A DNA stretch of 64,000 nt, from the NCBI RefSeq assembly GCF_026802175.1, contig NZ_CP113797.1, positions 719,026-783,025 of the forward strand, in the 5' to 3' direction. Made by a program: the position numbers and the translations under genes. Shown piece by piece: positions 10,233 to 21,166 of this stretch. How positions within the stretch are numbered: position 1 is the stretch's first letter; each line of letters starts with the position of its first letter. Source of the stretch: Thermocoleostomius sinensis A174. Its GTDB lineage: Bacteria > Cyanobacteriota > Cyanobacteriia > Elainellales > Elainellaceae. The notes beneath the pieces are model-generated. The model made no database searches. It worked only from the letters and a program-made list of their open reading frames with translations, and was not told the DNA's origin.

Positions 10233-10543
10233 AGGATTAGGGAGAGGGTTAAAACGGTTGAAGGAACCAGGCTCCAATTGGGGAGTGGAGCGCATGGTGG
10301 CTGCGATCGAGGGCTGCCTCCAGAAGAAATAGGGTCAGCCCCAGTAAAACCTGAGAATTTTGAATTCGTTTACTTCCCTGTTGAAGCATGGCATAGGCAA
10401 GAATCTCGGTACTTCGCACATCGATTACCCAATATTCTGCAACTCCTAATGGTTCGTAAAGCGCTCGCTTTGTTTACATTGCCCCAATCTCCCGAACCTT
10501 CCTCGATACAATGATAAAGTGCAACCGTGTTATGGAGTGCCGC

Positions 10544-11287
10544 ATGATCGAGACGTTACAAACCTGGCTTTACCAATTGGAACACTACGCCGATAGCGTG
10601 GTTTCAACTCAGTTAACTCACCTGACGATCGTCAGCGTGGGCATTATTTTCCTGGCAGGATTATTGACCAGCCTGACGCCCTGTATGCTGTCGATGCTGC
10701 CAATCACGATCGGGTACATTGGCGGTTACGAAACCCGGACTCGACTACAGGCAGCGGCCCAATCGACTTGGTTTGCTCTGGGACTGGCAACCACTCTAGC
10801 AGCATTAGGGATTGTGGCGGCGGTGGCAGGCAAAATCTATGGACAGGTGGGGATTGGGTTGCCCATCATCGTTAGCATTATCGCGATTTTGATGGGCTTG
10901 AACTTGCTGGAAGCCTTACCCCTGCGACTTCCAGCTTGGGGCGGCATAGAGTGGATCTCTAAAGATTTGCCCGAAGGCGTGCGATCGTACCTAATAGGCT
11001 TGACCTTTGGGTTGGTGGCTTCCCCTTGCAGCACCCCGGTTCTGGCCACCTTACTCGCCTGGGTTTCTACCACGCAAGATCCCCTATTGGGCAGCGTGTT
11101 GCTGCTAGCGTATACAGCGGGATATGTCGCTCCTTTGATTTTGGCGGGAACCTTCACCGCATCGATCAAGAAATTGCTGGAGGTGCGACGTTGGTCTGGA
11201 TGGATTACGCCTGCTAGTGGGGCGCTATTGGTAGGATTCGGGGTGTTTTCGCTATTGTTTCGCCTCTTCCCATCTGGCAGCGTTTAA
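10544..11287 (+). CDS. ccdA: Cytochrome c-type biogenesis protein CcdA (DsbD-like thiol-disulfide transporter)
   Basis: Six-TM protein with the LTPCMLSMLP Cys motif and a second conserved Cys. The N-terminus MIETLQTWLYQLEHYA… matches cyanobacterial CcdA. The upstream in-frame start at 10511 is also possible. Confidence 0.8.
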   Translation: MIETLQTWLYQLEHYADSVVSTQLTHLTIVSVGIIFLAGLLTSLTPCMLSMLPITIGYIGGYETRTRLQAAAQSTWFALGLATTLAALGIVAAVAGKIYGQVGIGLPIIVSIIAILMGLNLLEALPLRLPAWGGIEWISKDLPEGVRSYLIGLTFGLVASPCSTPVLATLLAWVSTTQDPLLGSVLLLAYTAGYVAPLILAGTFTASIKKLLEVRRWSGWITPASGALLVGFGVFSLLFRLFPSGSV

Positions 11288-11332
11288 GTTGAGCCTTTGT
11301 ATGATTCTTTTTTACAGCCAGTTTTGATATCC

Positions 11333-12745
11333 ATGACTTTAAACACGTCTAACAACTCCTCTAAAAACACGGCAGTTGATACGTCAGACCCACCCTCCAC
11401 CACGTCGATCGGGCTACTCAAGCGATTGCAACGCTACTGGAAACGAGAACTGATTCCCCTGCTGGCCGATTTGCGTTTGGCGATCGCTCTTCTGTTAGCC
11501 ATTGCCGTATTCAGCGTGACGGGAACCGTAATCGAGCAAGGACAAACGCTCGCCTTTTACCAAGCCAATTATCCCGAAGACCCGGCCTTGTTTGGATTTT
11601 TGACCTGGAAAGTAATTCTGACCCTCGGACTCGATCACGTCTATCGCACCTGGTGGTTTTTGGCCCTGTTGATATTGTTTGGCTCCAGCCTCATGGCCTG
11701 CACTTTCAAGCGTCAGTTGCCGGCGTTGCGCTGGTTTTCCCGTACCTGGAATTTCTATAGCCAACCGCGCCAGTTTGAAAAATTTGCCCTCAGCGCCGAG
11801 TTCGATCGCGGTTCCTTAGATCACTTTATTCCGCTATTACGGCAGCGCCGCTACAAAATTTTTCAAGAAGGAAACAAGCTCTATGCCCACAAAGGAATTG
11901 TCGGACGAATTGGCCCGATCGTCGTCCATGTCAGCATGTTGCTGATTTTGGCAGGATCGCTATATGGGGCCATGACCGGATTTTTTGCCCAAGAAATGGT
12001 TCCCAGCGGCGAAACCTTTCAAGTGCGTAATATCTTTGATGCGGGGCCGTGGGCCGCGGCGCAGATTCCCAAAGATTGGTCGGTGAAGGTGAATCGGTTT
12101 TGGATTGACTACACCCCCGATGGCACAATCGATCAGTTCTATTCCGATCTGTCGGTGCTGGATCAAGCCGGACAGGAGATCGATCGGCAAACCATTCACG
12201 TTAATAAACCACTGCGTCACAACGGTGTCACCTTCTATCAGGCTGATTGGGGCATTGCGGGCGTACAGTTTCGCCTTAATAATAGCCCTGTGCTGCAACT
12301 GCCGATGGCCCTGCTGGATACGGGCGGCAATGGACGGTTTTGGGGCACGTGGATTCCTACCAAACCAGACATGAGCGCTGGCGTTTCTGTGGTGGCTAAA
12401 GATCTTCAGGGTACACTGCTGGTGTATGACATGAACGGGCAATTAATCTCCACCGTGCGCGAAGGCATGGCTACCCATGTCAACGATGTGGATTTGGCGA
12501 TCGTTCAGATCATTGGCAGCACTGGGTTGCAAATTAAAGCAGACCCCGGCATTCCTCTAGTCTATGCTGGATTTGGACTGCTGATGGTCGGCGTGATCAT
12601 GAGCTACATCTCGCACTCGCAAATTTGGGCCTTGCAAACCGAAAACGGCAAGTTTTATGTGGGTGGCCGCACCAACCGCGCCCAAGTTATTTTTGAACGG
12701 GAAATGATTGAAATGCTAAATCAAGTTAGGGATGTGAAAGGATGA
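11333..12745 (+). CDS. ccs1: Cytochrome c biogenesis protein Ccs1/CcsB (ResB family), system II
   Basis: ResB-like architecture. The N-terminal [28 protein letters not shown] motif is followed by a TM segment, a large lumenal domain and C-terminal TMs. The gene lies immediately downstream of ccdA. The ORF-track start at 11297 is TTG, and the first ATG is at 11333. Confidence 0.8.
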   Translation: MTLNTSNNSSKNTAVDTSDPPSTTSIGLLKRLQRYWKRELIPLLADLRLAIALLLAIAVFSVTGTVIEQGQTLAFYQANYPEDPALFGFLTWKVILTLGLDHVYRTWWFLALLILFGSSLMACTFKRQLPALRWFSRTWNFYSQPRQFEKFALSAEFDRGSLDHFIPLLRQRRYKIFQEGNKLYAHKGIVGRIGPIVVHVSMLLILAGSLYGAMTGFFAQEMVPSGETFQVRNIFDAGPWAAAQIPKDWSVKVNRFWIDYTPDGTIDQFYSDLSVLDQAGQEIDRQTIHVNKPLRHNGVTFYQADWGIAGVQFRLNNSPVLQLPMALLDTGGNGRFWGTWIPTKPDMSAGVSVVAKDLQGTLLVYDMNGQLISTVREGMATHVNDVDLAIVQIIGSTGLQIKADPGIPLVYAGFGLLMVGVIMSYISHSQIWALQTENGKFYVGGRTNRAQVIFEREMIEMLNQVRDVKG

Positions 12746-12814
12746 AGAATGAAGAAAGGAGTAGGTAAGTGGGTGAGCGCATTATTCCCCACTCCCCACT
12801 CCCCATTCACCGTT

Positions 12815-13018
12815 CTACCGCACCAACACCGTCATGTACTTGCCTGTGGCAAACGGAGCCGGAACGATCGGCGTAAACTGCACCCGGTCAGTGGCAATCT
12901 TGCGCACATAGAACTCATTGATCTGATGTATCACTTGGTCGCGTGTTCCGATAATCCAAATCTGTACCCGATCGCTTTCCTGAACGGGCAATTCGCGATT
13001 CCATTCTCCAGTCATGGT
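12815..13018 (-). CDS. Small conserved hypothetical protein, about 67 aa (MTGEWNRELPVQESDRVQIWIIG…)
   Basis: A strong Shine-Dalgarno-like AAGAGGAA sits 8 nt upstream of the ATG at 13016-13018. The longer track ORF starts further upstream. Confidence 0.4.
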   Translation of the reverse strand, partial: TMTGEWNRELPVQESDRVQIWIIGTRDQVIHQINEFYVRKIATDRVQFTPIVPAPFATGKYMTVLVR

Positions 13019-13617
13019 TGTGTTCCTCTTCGTTTCCTTGCTGATGATTTGTATTGGGTTAGGAACGGCCCAAGGCATGGGGGTCACCCAACCATGCATC
13101 AGCAAGGTGTGCCGATCGCAGACACCTGGTCTACAATCAACACAGCCTAGCCTCCTGCTTGCGACAGGAAGTTAGGTTAGCTGGTTAGGGTTGCTGGTAA
13201 CTTCCCTAATCAGCGCCAGTACCTTGAGCCGTTCAGCCGTTCCTCTCGTCCTGCGAAAGAACCAGCATCGCCATAGCATAAACCAACTCGATCGGTCTGC
13301 ACAAGCGTATCGAGCATTTTTTTGTCAAGATTTTGTAACGAAGGGGAAGCAGAGAGCGAAAAGAGAGTGAATCACCTGCTCGATCGCACAACAACCTGCT
13401 GCAATGTAAAGAAACCGTAAATCCTTTTTTGTCAATTGGTGTGAATTCCGGACTCACTGACTAGGACAGGAATAAGCGAATAGTTGAGTTAATTGTACAT
13501 AACCTCTAAGCCTTTTAAGTGGGTAGCTTCAGGGTCAACCATCACCACATTCAAAGGTGAGTCATTTGCTGTATTGCTGCGCAGCAAAGTTCACCTGCTA
13601 ATTACAGCTTTCTTGCA

Positions 13618-14760
13618 ATGAAAATTCTTTTTTTGGATCAAAGCGGTAAACCCGGTGGCGCCGAACTTTGTTTACTCGATATCGCAAGGTCGTACCACGA
13701 TCGCTCCTTAATTGCTTTATTTTCAGATGGCACCTTCAAGGAAATACTTGAACAATATCAAGTTCCTGTTCGTGTCTTATCCAAACAAGGAATCAATATT
13801 CGCAAAGATTACAATGCCGTTCAAGGAATTGGTCAAATAGGACAGCTTCTGCCAATCTTAATTCAGGTGACAAAACTGAGCTACCAGTTTGACTTGATTT
13901 ATGCTAATACGCCTAAAGCCCTCATTGTTGGAGCAATCGCTAGCTTAATTAGCCATCGCCCCTTGGTCTATCACCTCCACGACATTATTTCTGCTGAGCA
14001 TTTTAGTGCAACTAATCGGTCTCTTTTAGTGAACTTGGCAAATCGCTGTGCCTCTCTGGTCATCGCCAACTCTAAAGCGAGCCAAGCGGCCTTTATTAAA
14101 GCTGGCGGTCGAGCAGAACTGACTGAGGTCGTGTACAACGGGTTTCAACCTGAGTCTTATTTGGTTGATGAGTCTGAACGATCGCGTTTACGTACAGAAT
14201 TGGGGCTTGGCGATCGCTTTGTGGTCGGACATTTCAGTCGCTTGTCTCCATGGAAAGGACAACATGTTTTGATTGAAGCACTACACTATTGTCCTGAGGA
14301 TGTTTCAGTGCTGCTGGTTGGAGACGCTCTGTTTGGTGAAGAAGCCTACAAGGTACAACTCTGGCGACAGATTGCCATGCTAGGACTTAAACCTCGGGTG
14401 CAGTTTTTGGGATTTCGCTCAGATATTCCACAATTGATGGCAGCGTGTGATTTGGTAGCACATACTTCGATCGCACCGGAACCCTTTGGTCGCGTCATTG
14501 TGGAAGCTATGTTGTCTGGTACAACGGTGGTTGCCGCTGCCGATGGTGGAGCCGTTGAGCTAATCGATCATGCTCAGACTGGATGGTTGTGTCCACCGAA
14601 TGATCCTCAACAACTGGCTGAGATGGTTGTAATGTGTCGCAACCAGCTAGCGCAAACCCAGGCTATGGCTAAGCACGTTCAAGCAACGGCCAGCCAGCGG
14701 TTTAACCTCAGCCATACCAATCACCAAATTGATCAACTATTGCGGCAGGTTTTAGCTTAA
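13618..14760 (+). CDS. Glycosyltransferase family 4 (GT1 fold, RfaG-like)
   Basis: 380 aa. The C-terminal EPFGRVIVEAMLSGTTVVAAADGGAVELI motif is typical of GT4 retaining glycosyltransferases. Confidence 0.8.
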   Translation: MKILFLDQSGKPGGAELCLLDIARSYHDRSLIALFSDGTFKEILEQYQVPVRVLSKQGINIRKDYNAVQGIGQIGQLLPILIQVTKLSYQFDLIYANTPKALIVGAIASLISHRPLVYHLHDIISAEHFSATNRSLLVNLANRCASLVIANSKASQAAFIKAGGRAELTEVVYNGFQPESYLVDESERSRLRTELGLGDRFVVGHFSRLSPWKGQHVLIEALHYCPEDVSVLLVGDALFGEEAYKVQLWRQIAMLGLKPRVQFLGFRSDIPQLMAACDLVAHTSIAPEPFGRVIVEAMLSGTTVVAAADGGAVELIDHAQTGWLCPPNDPQQLAEMVVMCRNQLAQTQAMAKHVQATASQRFNLSHTNHQIDQLLRQVLA

Positions 14761-14837
14761 TCGTCGCGGTTGTCGCAAAGAAGTCGGTACAATGAAGGTC
14801 GATACAATCAAATCGATCGAGCGATCACATCCCGCTT

Positions 14838-15626
14838 ATGTATCAAACCGATCCGTCGCTGCCCGCCAAGGAGACGCTGCCCACCATGTATGATCTTCCC
14901 AGTGAAGATCCGCAGGAACCTGGTGTGCCCGACGAGTTTCATCTGTTTCAACCGCGATTGCTGCAAGAGACTTTCTGTCCTCCTAATTATCCTGTTGAGC
15001 AGGTTTTTACAGCGAGTGATCTCAACCTTTACTATGATGTGCGTCATCCGCTGTGGTACAAACGCCCTGATTGGTTTGCGGTCGTTGGAATCTCTAGACT
15101 GTACGAAGAACACGATTTGCGGTTGAGCTATGTGATCTGGCAGGAAGAGGTAGCCCCTTTAGTGGTGGTGGAATTGTTGTCGCCTGGAACAGAAACCGAA
15201 GATTTAGGCCAAACAACCCGCGAAATTAATCAACCGCCGACTAAGTGGTCTGTTTATGAACAAATTTTGCGCGTTCCGTATTACGTTGTGTTCGATCGCT
15301 ACACGAACCAGCTTCAGGCATTTCAACTGATTGATCGCCATTACCAGAAACTCCTCTTTGATGGCTCGCCGATCTGGATTGCTGAGCTGGAATTAGGGTT
15401 AGGACTGTGGTACGGACGTTATCAAGGCGTTGAACGGCTATGGCTACGCTGGTGTGATGGAGATGCGAATTGGATTCCAACTCCCGTCGAAGCAGAACGT
15501 TCACGAGCCGAAGCAGAACGTTTGCGGGCCGAAGCAGAACGTTCACGAGCCGAAGCAGAACGTTTGCGGGCTGAACGCTTAGCCGAACGCTTGAGGAGTT
15601 TAGGGGTTGATCCAAATCAGCTGTGA
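14838..15626 (+). CDS. Uma2 family (DUF820) putative endonuclease with a repetitive coiled-coil C-terminal tail
   Basis: The N-terminus …LPTMYDLPSEDPQEPGVPDEFHLFQPRLLQETF… is the hallmark of cyanobacterial Uma2/DUF820 proteins. The C-terminus is a tandem AEAERSRAEAERLRAE repeat. Confidence 0.8.
   Translation: MYQTDPSLPAKETLPTMYDLPSEDPQEPGVPDEFHLFQPRLLQETFCPPNYPVEQVFTASDLNLYYDVRHPLWYKRPDWFAVVGISRLYEEHDLRLSYVIWQEEVAPLVVVELLSPGTETEDLGQTTREINQPPTKWSVYEQILRVPYYVVFDRYTNQLQAFQLIDRHYQKLLFDGSPIWIAELELGLGLWYGRYQGVERLWLRWCDGDANWIPTPVEAERSRAEAERLRAEAERSRAEAERLRAERLAERLRSLGVDPNQL
15489..15590 (+). repeat. About four tandem copies of a 24-bp repeat (GAAGCAGAACGTTCACGAGCC/GAAGCAGAACGTTTGCGGGCC) inside the Uma2 CDS
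   Basis: Direct tandem repetition is visible in the DNA and encodes the AEAERSRAEAERLRAE protein repeats. Confidence 0.7.
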
Positions 15627-15781
15627 GGAATGACTCGTGAGCCTAAAAATCAGGACTAGAACCCTAGAAATAATGTTCTGCTGCTCCGTACTCCAGTGGT
15701 GAATGCTAGCCTAGAAGGAGAGATTGACACACTCAATCTAAATCGGTAAATCTACGCGATCATTCTCGGCTTCAGGCGCAC

Positions 15782-16852
15782 ATGAACAAGGTGGTAGTTG
15801 GACTTTCAGGCGGCGTGGACAGTTCCGTCGCAGCAGCAACTCTGCATCGTCAAGGGTATGACGTTGTAGGATTGACGCTTTGGCTGATGCGAGGCAAGGG
15901 ACAATGCTGCTCGGAGGGGATGGTCGATGCGGCTCGGCTCTGTGATGAGTTGGGAATTCCCTACCATGTGGTAGACAGTCGCGATGTGTTTGAAAAGCAA
16001 ATCATTAATTATTTGGTCAGTGGCTATGAAGCTGGCATTACACCGTTGCCGTGCTCACAGTGCAATAAGGCGGTGAAGTTTAGCCCCATGCTGCACTATG
16101 CTCGCGAAGAGTTGGGGGTTGATCGCATTGCAACGGGACACTATGCCCGGATTACCGTTGATCCCGATACAGGGCGCTATCAACTGCGGAGAGCCGTTGA
16201 CTTGAGTAAAGATCAATCCTATTTTCTATATGATCTAGAGCAAGACGTGTTAGCCCATACGCTGTTTCCACTGGGTGAGCAAACCAAAGCCGAAACCCGA
16301 CGGATGGCCGCAGAATTCGGGTTGCACACAGCCGAGAAACCAGAAAGTCAAGACTTGTGCTTGATTGAGGCACACGGTTCGATGCGATCGTTTCTAGACA
16401 AGTATCTAGCGCCGCAGAAAGGCGATATTGTTGATCAGTCTGGTCAGGTGTTGGGACAACACGATGGCATTCACCATTACACAATTGGACAACGTCGAGG
16501 GATTGGCATTGCCGCGGAACGACCGTTGTATGTGATTGGCATTGATGCTGGCAGAAATCAGGTGATTGTGGGCGATCGCGAAGCGATTCAAACCAACGAC
16601 TGCATAGTGCAGCAGGTGAATTGGGTGTCGATCGCACCTCCAACTGCCCCAATTCGTGCTGAAGTGCAAATCCGCTATCGAGCGACGGCTGTTCCTTGTA
16701 CGGTGATTCCGCTCAGTGAAGATGGACAGGGCGATCGGGTGAAGGTGGTGTTTGACAAGCCGCAAATCAGCGTGACGCCCGGACAAGCGGCGGTGTGGTA
16801 TCAAGGAGATTTATTGTTAGGGGGTGGCGTGATCGAGAATGCCCACTCATAA
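15782..16852 (+). CDS. mnmA: tRNA-specific 2-thiouridylase MnmA (tRNA 2-thiouridine(34) synthase)
   Basis: The N-terminal PP-loop [14 protein letters not shown], the catalytic Cys residues and the overall 356-aa MnmA/TrmU architecture. Confidence 0.9.
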   Translation: MNKVVVGLSGGVDSSVAAATLHRQGYDVVGLTLWLMRGKGQCCSEGMVDAARLCDELGIPYHVVDSRDVFEKQIINYLVSGYEAGITPLPCSQCNKAVKFSPMLHYAREELGVDRIATGHYARITVDPDTGRYQLRRAVDLSKDQSYFLYDLEQDVLAHTLFPLGEQTKAETRRMAAEFGLHTAEKPESQDLCLIEAHGSMRSFLDKYLAPQKGDIVDQSGQVLGQHDGIHHYTIGQRRGIGIAAERPLYVIGIDAGRNQVIVGDREAIQTNDCIVQQVNWVSIAPPTAPIRAEVQIRYRATAVPCTVIPLSEDGQGDRVKVVFDKPQISVTPGQAAVWYQGDLLLGGGVIENAHS

Positions 16853-16884
16853 CAGCAGCTAGTCAGGTAAAGTTGATGGCGATA

Positions 16885-17571
16885 TTAGATTGCGTTGCGA
16901 TGAGATGGCAGAAGCTCAATCGATTGCATTTGTTCAGAAAGCCAGTGTTCCAATTGCTCATCTAGAAGTCGCTGCTGCACTGTTGCATCGAGTTGAGCCG
17001 GAATGCGTGCTTCTACCCGCAAAACCACAAACCGATCATCCAGTTGCAACGGTGGAGACACGACGCCAAGCGGGCAATTGGCTAGTAACTGAGCAAAATC
17101 GGGATGATACGTTCCTAATTCTACTGGGCCGACTAATCCACCTGTTTCTGCCTCTGGGCCTTGCGAGTACTGGGCGGCGAGGTTGGCAAACGATTGTTCA
17201 TTAGCTTGAAGACGAAAATATAGTTCGTAAGCTATATCGCGATCGGGTGTGCGGATTAGTGAGTAGACTACCTGCATGAGTGAACGTTGCCGCTCAACAA
17301 AATAGGTTTCTAGTTGGTTGCCCCACTGTTGTTGCTTAAACAAATGAATTTTTAGCGATCGAATCCTATCTTGTTCACAGATATTGGAAGCCTGAAATTC
17401 TGATCGCTGTTGCCATTGAGTTAGTTCAGTATCGCTGTATTTAATGTCAGCAATAGCTCGATCGAGAATCAACTCGCGTAATAGACCAGGCAGCATTCGA
17501 TAACGAATGAGCAATGGCAACAAGTCGGCAGTAGTAATGGTTTGATGATTGATCTGTAAAACGATAGTCAT
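16885..17571 (-). CDS. Putative peptidyl-prolyl cis-trans isomerase, PpiC/parvulin-type domain protein
   Basis: The C-terminal half …FANLAAQYSQGPEAETGGLVGPVELGTYHPDFAQLL… resembles the parvulin PPIase core (GGDLGWF…PEFE…). The N-terminal domain is unknown. Confidence 0.5.
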   Translation of the reverse strand: MTIVLQINHQTITTADLLPLLIRYRMLPGLLRELILDRAIADIKYSDTELTQWQQRSEFQASNICEQDRIRSLKIHLFKQQQWGNQLETYFVERQRSLMQVVYSLIRTPDRDIAYELYFRLQANEQSFANLAAQYSQGPEAETGGLVGPVELGTYHPDFAQLLANCPLGVVSPPLQLDDRFVVLRVEARIPAQLDATVQQRLLDEQLEHWLSEQMQSIELLPSHRNAI

Positions 17572-17681
17572 AATTCTAAAACTAAAATTTAAAAAGAAAT
17601 AGGAATCGATCGGACCTATTGAGGCACTCGATCGATTAGATAGCCGAATAGATAGACGAGAAAAATAAACTTAAATGGCAA

Positions 17682-18485
17682 CTAGCTAAAACTTAATGTG
17701 TAACCAGTGCTAGTACCGGAATAGAGATAGACCTGAGCAAAATAAGTACCGGTTCCCAGAAAAGCTGTCACAGAATCAGGAGATATGCCAGCATTGGTTG
17801 ATTCAGCGATAATTTCAGGAATATCAATGACACCGTTGCGGTTACGATCTTGAACAAGCCGTAAATCAGCATCAGCAGACAAACCACTGAGCGTAATATT
17901 AACAAAGCGAAGGCCAGCAACTGAGAACTGAAATGTGTCAGCCGCATCACCACGTGAACCATTGCCAAACTCGCCAGGTTCGTAAAGTGAATCAGAGAAC
18001 TGTCTGAAACCACGCAGAATTCCAACATTGGTTTCTACAGGCAACAAGTTACCACCGATTCTAGTGTTCGACATCCTCAAGGTGTAGGTGCTGCCAGGTC
18101 CACTGTAAAGGTAGGATTGTAAGAAGTACCTACCTGCCGCTAAACCATTGACATTGATTGCCTCATCTGCATTGCTTCCTCTCAGGGAAGAGGCAATTAT
18201 CGTATCGAAACTATCAACAATACCGTTATTGTTATTATCGCGAATTAATCGCATATCAATGTCCGTACCTGGACGAATTCCTGTTAAAGAAGCATTGAAG
18301 TTACCACCATTGAAGAAGAACAATGTCGTATCGACCGTATCAAAGAAGCTGCTGATACTATCGCGACGCACATAAGGCGCACCGCGCAGAGTCCCAGCAA
18401 AATACTCGTAGTACTGGTTTGGCACAAAATTAGTGGAATTTTGCGTTGCTGGTGCATCCAACACAGTCAGTGTTGTTTTTGACAT
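17682..18485 (-). CDS. Protein with two tandem pre-peptidase C-terminal (PPC)-like beta-sandwich domains and no catalytic domain
   Basis: Two about 110-aa repeats end in …DIDMRLIRDNNNNGIVD…AGRYFLQSYLYSGPGSTYTLRMS and …DADLRLVQDRNRNGVID…GTYFAQVYLYSGTSTGYTLSFS, matching the PPC pattern. The ATG at 18485 follows GGAGAA. No obvious signal peptide. Confidence 0.55.
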   Translation of the reverse strand: MSKTTLTVLDAPATQNSTNFVPNQYYEYFAGTLRGAPYVRRDSISSFFDTVDTTLFFFNGGNFNASLTGIRPGTDIDMRLIRDNNNNGIVDSFDTIIASSLRGSNADEAINVNGLAAGRYFLQSYLYSGPGSTYTLRMSNTRIGGNLLPVETNVGILRGFRQFSDSLYEPGEFGNGSRGDAADTFQFSVAGLRFVNITLSGLSADADLRLVQDRNRNGVIDIPEIIAESTNAGISPDSVTAFLGTGTYFAQVYLYSGTSTGYTLSFS

Positions 18486-19196
18486 GGTAAATTTCTCCTG
18501 ATTTGCCAAGCGATGAATCAAAACAGCAAAAACTCGATCGCCAACTCGTTCATGTAACCCAAGCGCGATCGACTTATGGAATATCACTGCGTAATTTCAC
18601 AGAGATGTTGCTTTTAAGCATGCAGTAAGACCTCAGCTTTGCGCAAGAGAAGAAAAAATTAAGAAGTCAGATTTTATCTAAGTAGAAACACTAGAAAAGT
18701 CAGGAAAAAGTCAGAAATGTACCAGTACTGAAAGCCTTACATTGTCTGCATGACCTTGATCCCTGTCAATAAAAAAGTAGTCTGTACTACGATTGCGTCT
18801 CCCGTCACGGTGCTAAGCATCTACGAGCCAATCAAGGTGTACTTGGAAAAACTTCATGAAGCTCGGTAAAAATGACGCGGCTTCATCCCGTAATTGCAAG
18901 AGTTTTCTGAACTGCACGATCGCTGATCTCATCACCGCCGGGATTGGGGTGTTGAAAGTTTGTTGATCATCAACTTTAATACTTCGGACAGTTCAACACG
19001 TTTCATTCTCCCAATCCCTCAAGTTTGGGGAAATTGGCGATCTGACAAGTGGCGATCTTAAAAGTTCCGCAGAATTGGGGAAGTTGAGGGGCTGCATCAG
19101 TCTTGATCCCTTCTCTTTATAAGCTGGTTCAAGATACAATGGCACCATCACCTTTGCGTTGTTCACTTTTACTTTTTTCACTTTTCTCCTCTGGGC

Positions 19197-20198
19197 ATGA
19201 CCACACAGCTTAGCGATCTCGAAACTCAACTGTCCACCTTAAAACAAGAAGCTCAGCGGGCGATCGCCACTGCATCTGACCTAGAGCAACTGGAACAACT
19301 GCGCATCAAGTACTTGGGTAAGAAGGGCAGCTTATCGCAAGTGTTGGGCGGTATGGGAAAACTAGATGCCTCTGAACGACCACGCATCGGTGCGTTGGCT
19401 AATGAAGTCAAAGAACTGATTCAAGCAGAACTAGAGCAGACTCGATCGACGCTACAAACAGCGCAAATTGAAGCGCAACTGGAAGCTGAAACTCTAGATG
19501 TGACAATGCCGGGAATCTATCAACCCCAAGGTCGTACCCATCCCCTGACCAGTACGATCGATCGAGTTGTAGATATTTTTGTGGGACTGGGCTATACAGT
19601 GGCACAAGGCCCAGAAATGGAGTCAGATTACTATAATTTTGAAGCCTTGAATACACCTGCCGACCATCCAGCGCGTGATATGGCAGACACCTTCTATTTG
19701 CCAGATGGTAACTTGTTGCGCACGCATACTTCCTCTGTGCAGATTCGCTACATGGAGAACAACGAGCCACCGGTTCGGATTGTAGCTCCAGGACGGGTCT
19801 ATCGTCGTGATACAGTCGATGCAACCCATACCGCCGTTTTCCACCAGGTTGAAATTTTGGCGGTAGACGAAGGATTGACGTTTACCGATTTGCGCGGCAC
19901 CATCAAGATTTTTCTAGAGTCAATGTTTGGCGAGTGTCCGATTCGTTTCCGTCCCAGTTTCTTTCCGTTCACGGAACCGTCTGCTGAGGTGGATTTGCAG
20001 TGGCGCGGTCGCTGGCTGGAGGTCATGGGCTGTGGCATGGTCGATCCCAATGTTCTCAAAGCGGTGGGCTATGATCCGGAAGTATACACGGGATTTGCTG
20101 CGGGGTTTGGGGTAGAGCGGTTAGCCCAAGTATTGCATCAGTTGGATGATATTCGCCGCTTATACAGCAGCGATCTCCGCTTCCTACGCCAGTTTTAA
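19197..20198 (+). CDS. pheS: Phenylalanine--tRNA ligase alpha subunit
   Basis: Class II aaRS motifs, including …[16 protein letters not shown]… and …[12 protein letters not shown]…. Length 333 aa. Confidence 0.95.
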   Translation: MTTQLSDLETQLSTLKQEAQRAIATASDLEQLEQLRIKYLGKKGSLSQVLGGMGKLDASERPRIGALANEVKELIQAELEQTRSTLQTAQIEAQLEAETLDVTMPGIYQPQGRTHPLTSTIDRVVDIFVGLGYTVAQGPEMESDYYNFEALNTPADHPARDMADTFYLPDGNLLRTHTSSVQIRYMENNEPPVRIVAPGRVYRRDTVDATHTAVFHQVEILAVDEGLTFTDLRGTIKIFLESMFGECPIRFRPSFFPFTEPSAEVDLQWRGRWLEVMGCGMVDPNVLKAVGYDPEVYTGFAAGFGVERLAQVLHQLDDIRRLYSSDLRFLRQF

Positions 20199-20215
20199 GG
20201 ACAGTATGGTCTAGA

Positions 20216-20317
20216 GGCGTTGCTGAACACAGATAGGAATTGCCCGCATCCCCAACCCTTCTCCCCAAGGAGAAGGGAGCCAGACTTGTTATTCTCTCTC
20301 AAAGGAGAGGGCTAGGG
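20216..20317 (-). mobile_element. Partial copy (minus orientation) of a MITE-like repeat family, containing the perfect hairpin CCCTTCTCC-CCAA-GGAGAAGGG
   Basis: About 100 bp here are roughly 85% identical to 41609-41712, including the terminal GTTCAGCAACGCC (as GGCGTTGCTGAAC on the plus strand). It lies just downstream of the pheS stop. Confidence 0.6.
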
Positions 20318-20638
20318 TATCGCTGAAAGATTGTCCTGCTTTCAAAAAATTTGGGCGCTGGTGTCAATAGAAGGTTAGGCTTCGGCTTTGCTCAGGAATG
20401 GGACGAAAGCTGAAATGGTGTGAGTAAGCAGCTTGCCCATACCCTGGTGGCATGGGGGCAGATGTTGCCATCTTTGGCGTCACGCGATTGTTCTGTTATC
20501 AAACCTGCCTCTATAGGTAGTTTTTGTCTATGTCTTGTCTAGAAAATTGATGTCTAAAAAACTCCTTAATCGGGGAGACTGCGATCGGAAGACTATGATC
20601 GGGAAGAGACGGTTCACCTTCAGGTTCACCTTCAGTAA

Positions 20639-21043
20639 ATGCAAACAGACTCCCACATGAAAACAAACGGCTTTCACCATGTTGCTATTATCTGTTCGGA
20701 CTACGCAAAATCCAAGCATTTCTATGTCAATATCCTGGGGTTTGAAGTGATACAAGAAACCTTCCGCGCCGCCCGCCGTTCCTACAAGCTGGATTTGAAA
20801 GTGGGAGATAACGACGCGATCGAGCTATTTTCTTTTCCTGACCCGCCCGCTCGCCCCAGCCGTCCTGAAGCTTGCGGACTGCGACATTTAGCCTTTGAGG
20901 TCAATGATTTAGAGGCGATCGTCACTGACCTCAGCGCACAGGGCATTGCGGTTGAACCCATTCGGCTAGATGACTTGACAGGCAAGCGCTTTACCTTCTT
21001 CCAAGATCCCGACGGTTTGCCCCTAGAACTTTACGAGCGCTGA
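20639..21043 (+). CDS. VOC family protein (glyoxalase/bleomycin-resistance/dioxygenase fold)
   Basis: …NGFHHVAIICSDYAKSKHFYVNILGFEV… is a typical VOC N-terminal beta-alpha-beta-beta-beta module. The in-frame ATG at 20657 (MKTNGFHH…) is the more likely start. Confidence 0.75.
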   Translation: MQTDSHMKTNGFHHVAIICSDYAKSKHFYVNILGFEVIQETFRAARRSYKLDLKVGDNDAIELFSFPDPPARPSRPEACGLRHLAFEVNDLEAIVTDLSAQGIAVEPIRLDDLTGKRFTFFQDPDGLPLELYER

Positions 21044-21166
21044 ACCTGCCCTAAAAGCGTCACCCGATCGCTTAAATAAGATAAGGAAGCATCCTATCCG
21101 CTTTTAGCGCCCATCCTTTCACCTTCCTTTTATTCGTTATCCTTCAACCTTTTTCTTTTCCTCGCC

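Noticed and set aside
12749-13150. A 133-aa plus-strand ORF downstream of ccs1
   Set aside because: Low-complexity, His/Pro-rich composition. The opposite-strand 67-aa gene has a strong SD and is the better model.
14770-15126. Overlapping 118- and 101-aa ORFs at the start of the Uma2 gene
   Set aside because: The Uma2 frame has the conserved family N-terminus. The others are alternative-frame artefacts.
16152-16804. Two long antisense ORFs (166 and 132 aa) inside mnmA
   Set aside because: They are fully embedded antisense to a highly conserved gene, have no start context and a biased, junk-like composition. They are typical GC-rich shadow ORFs.
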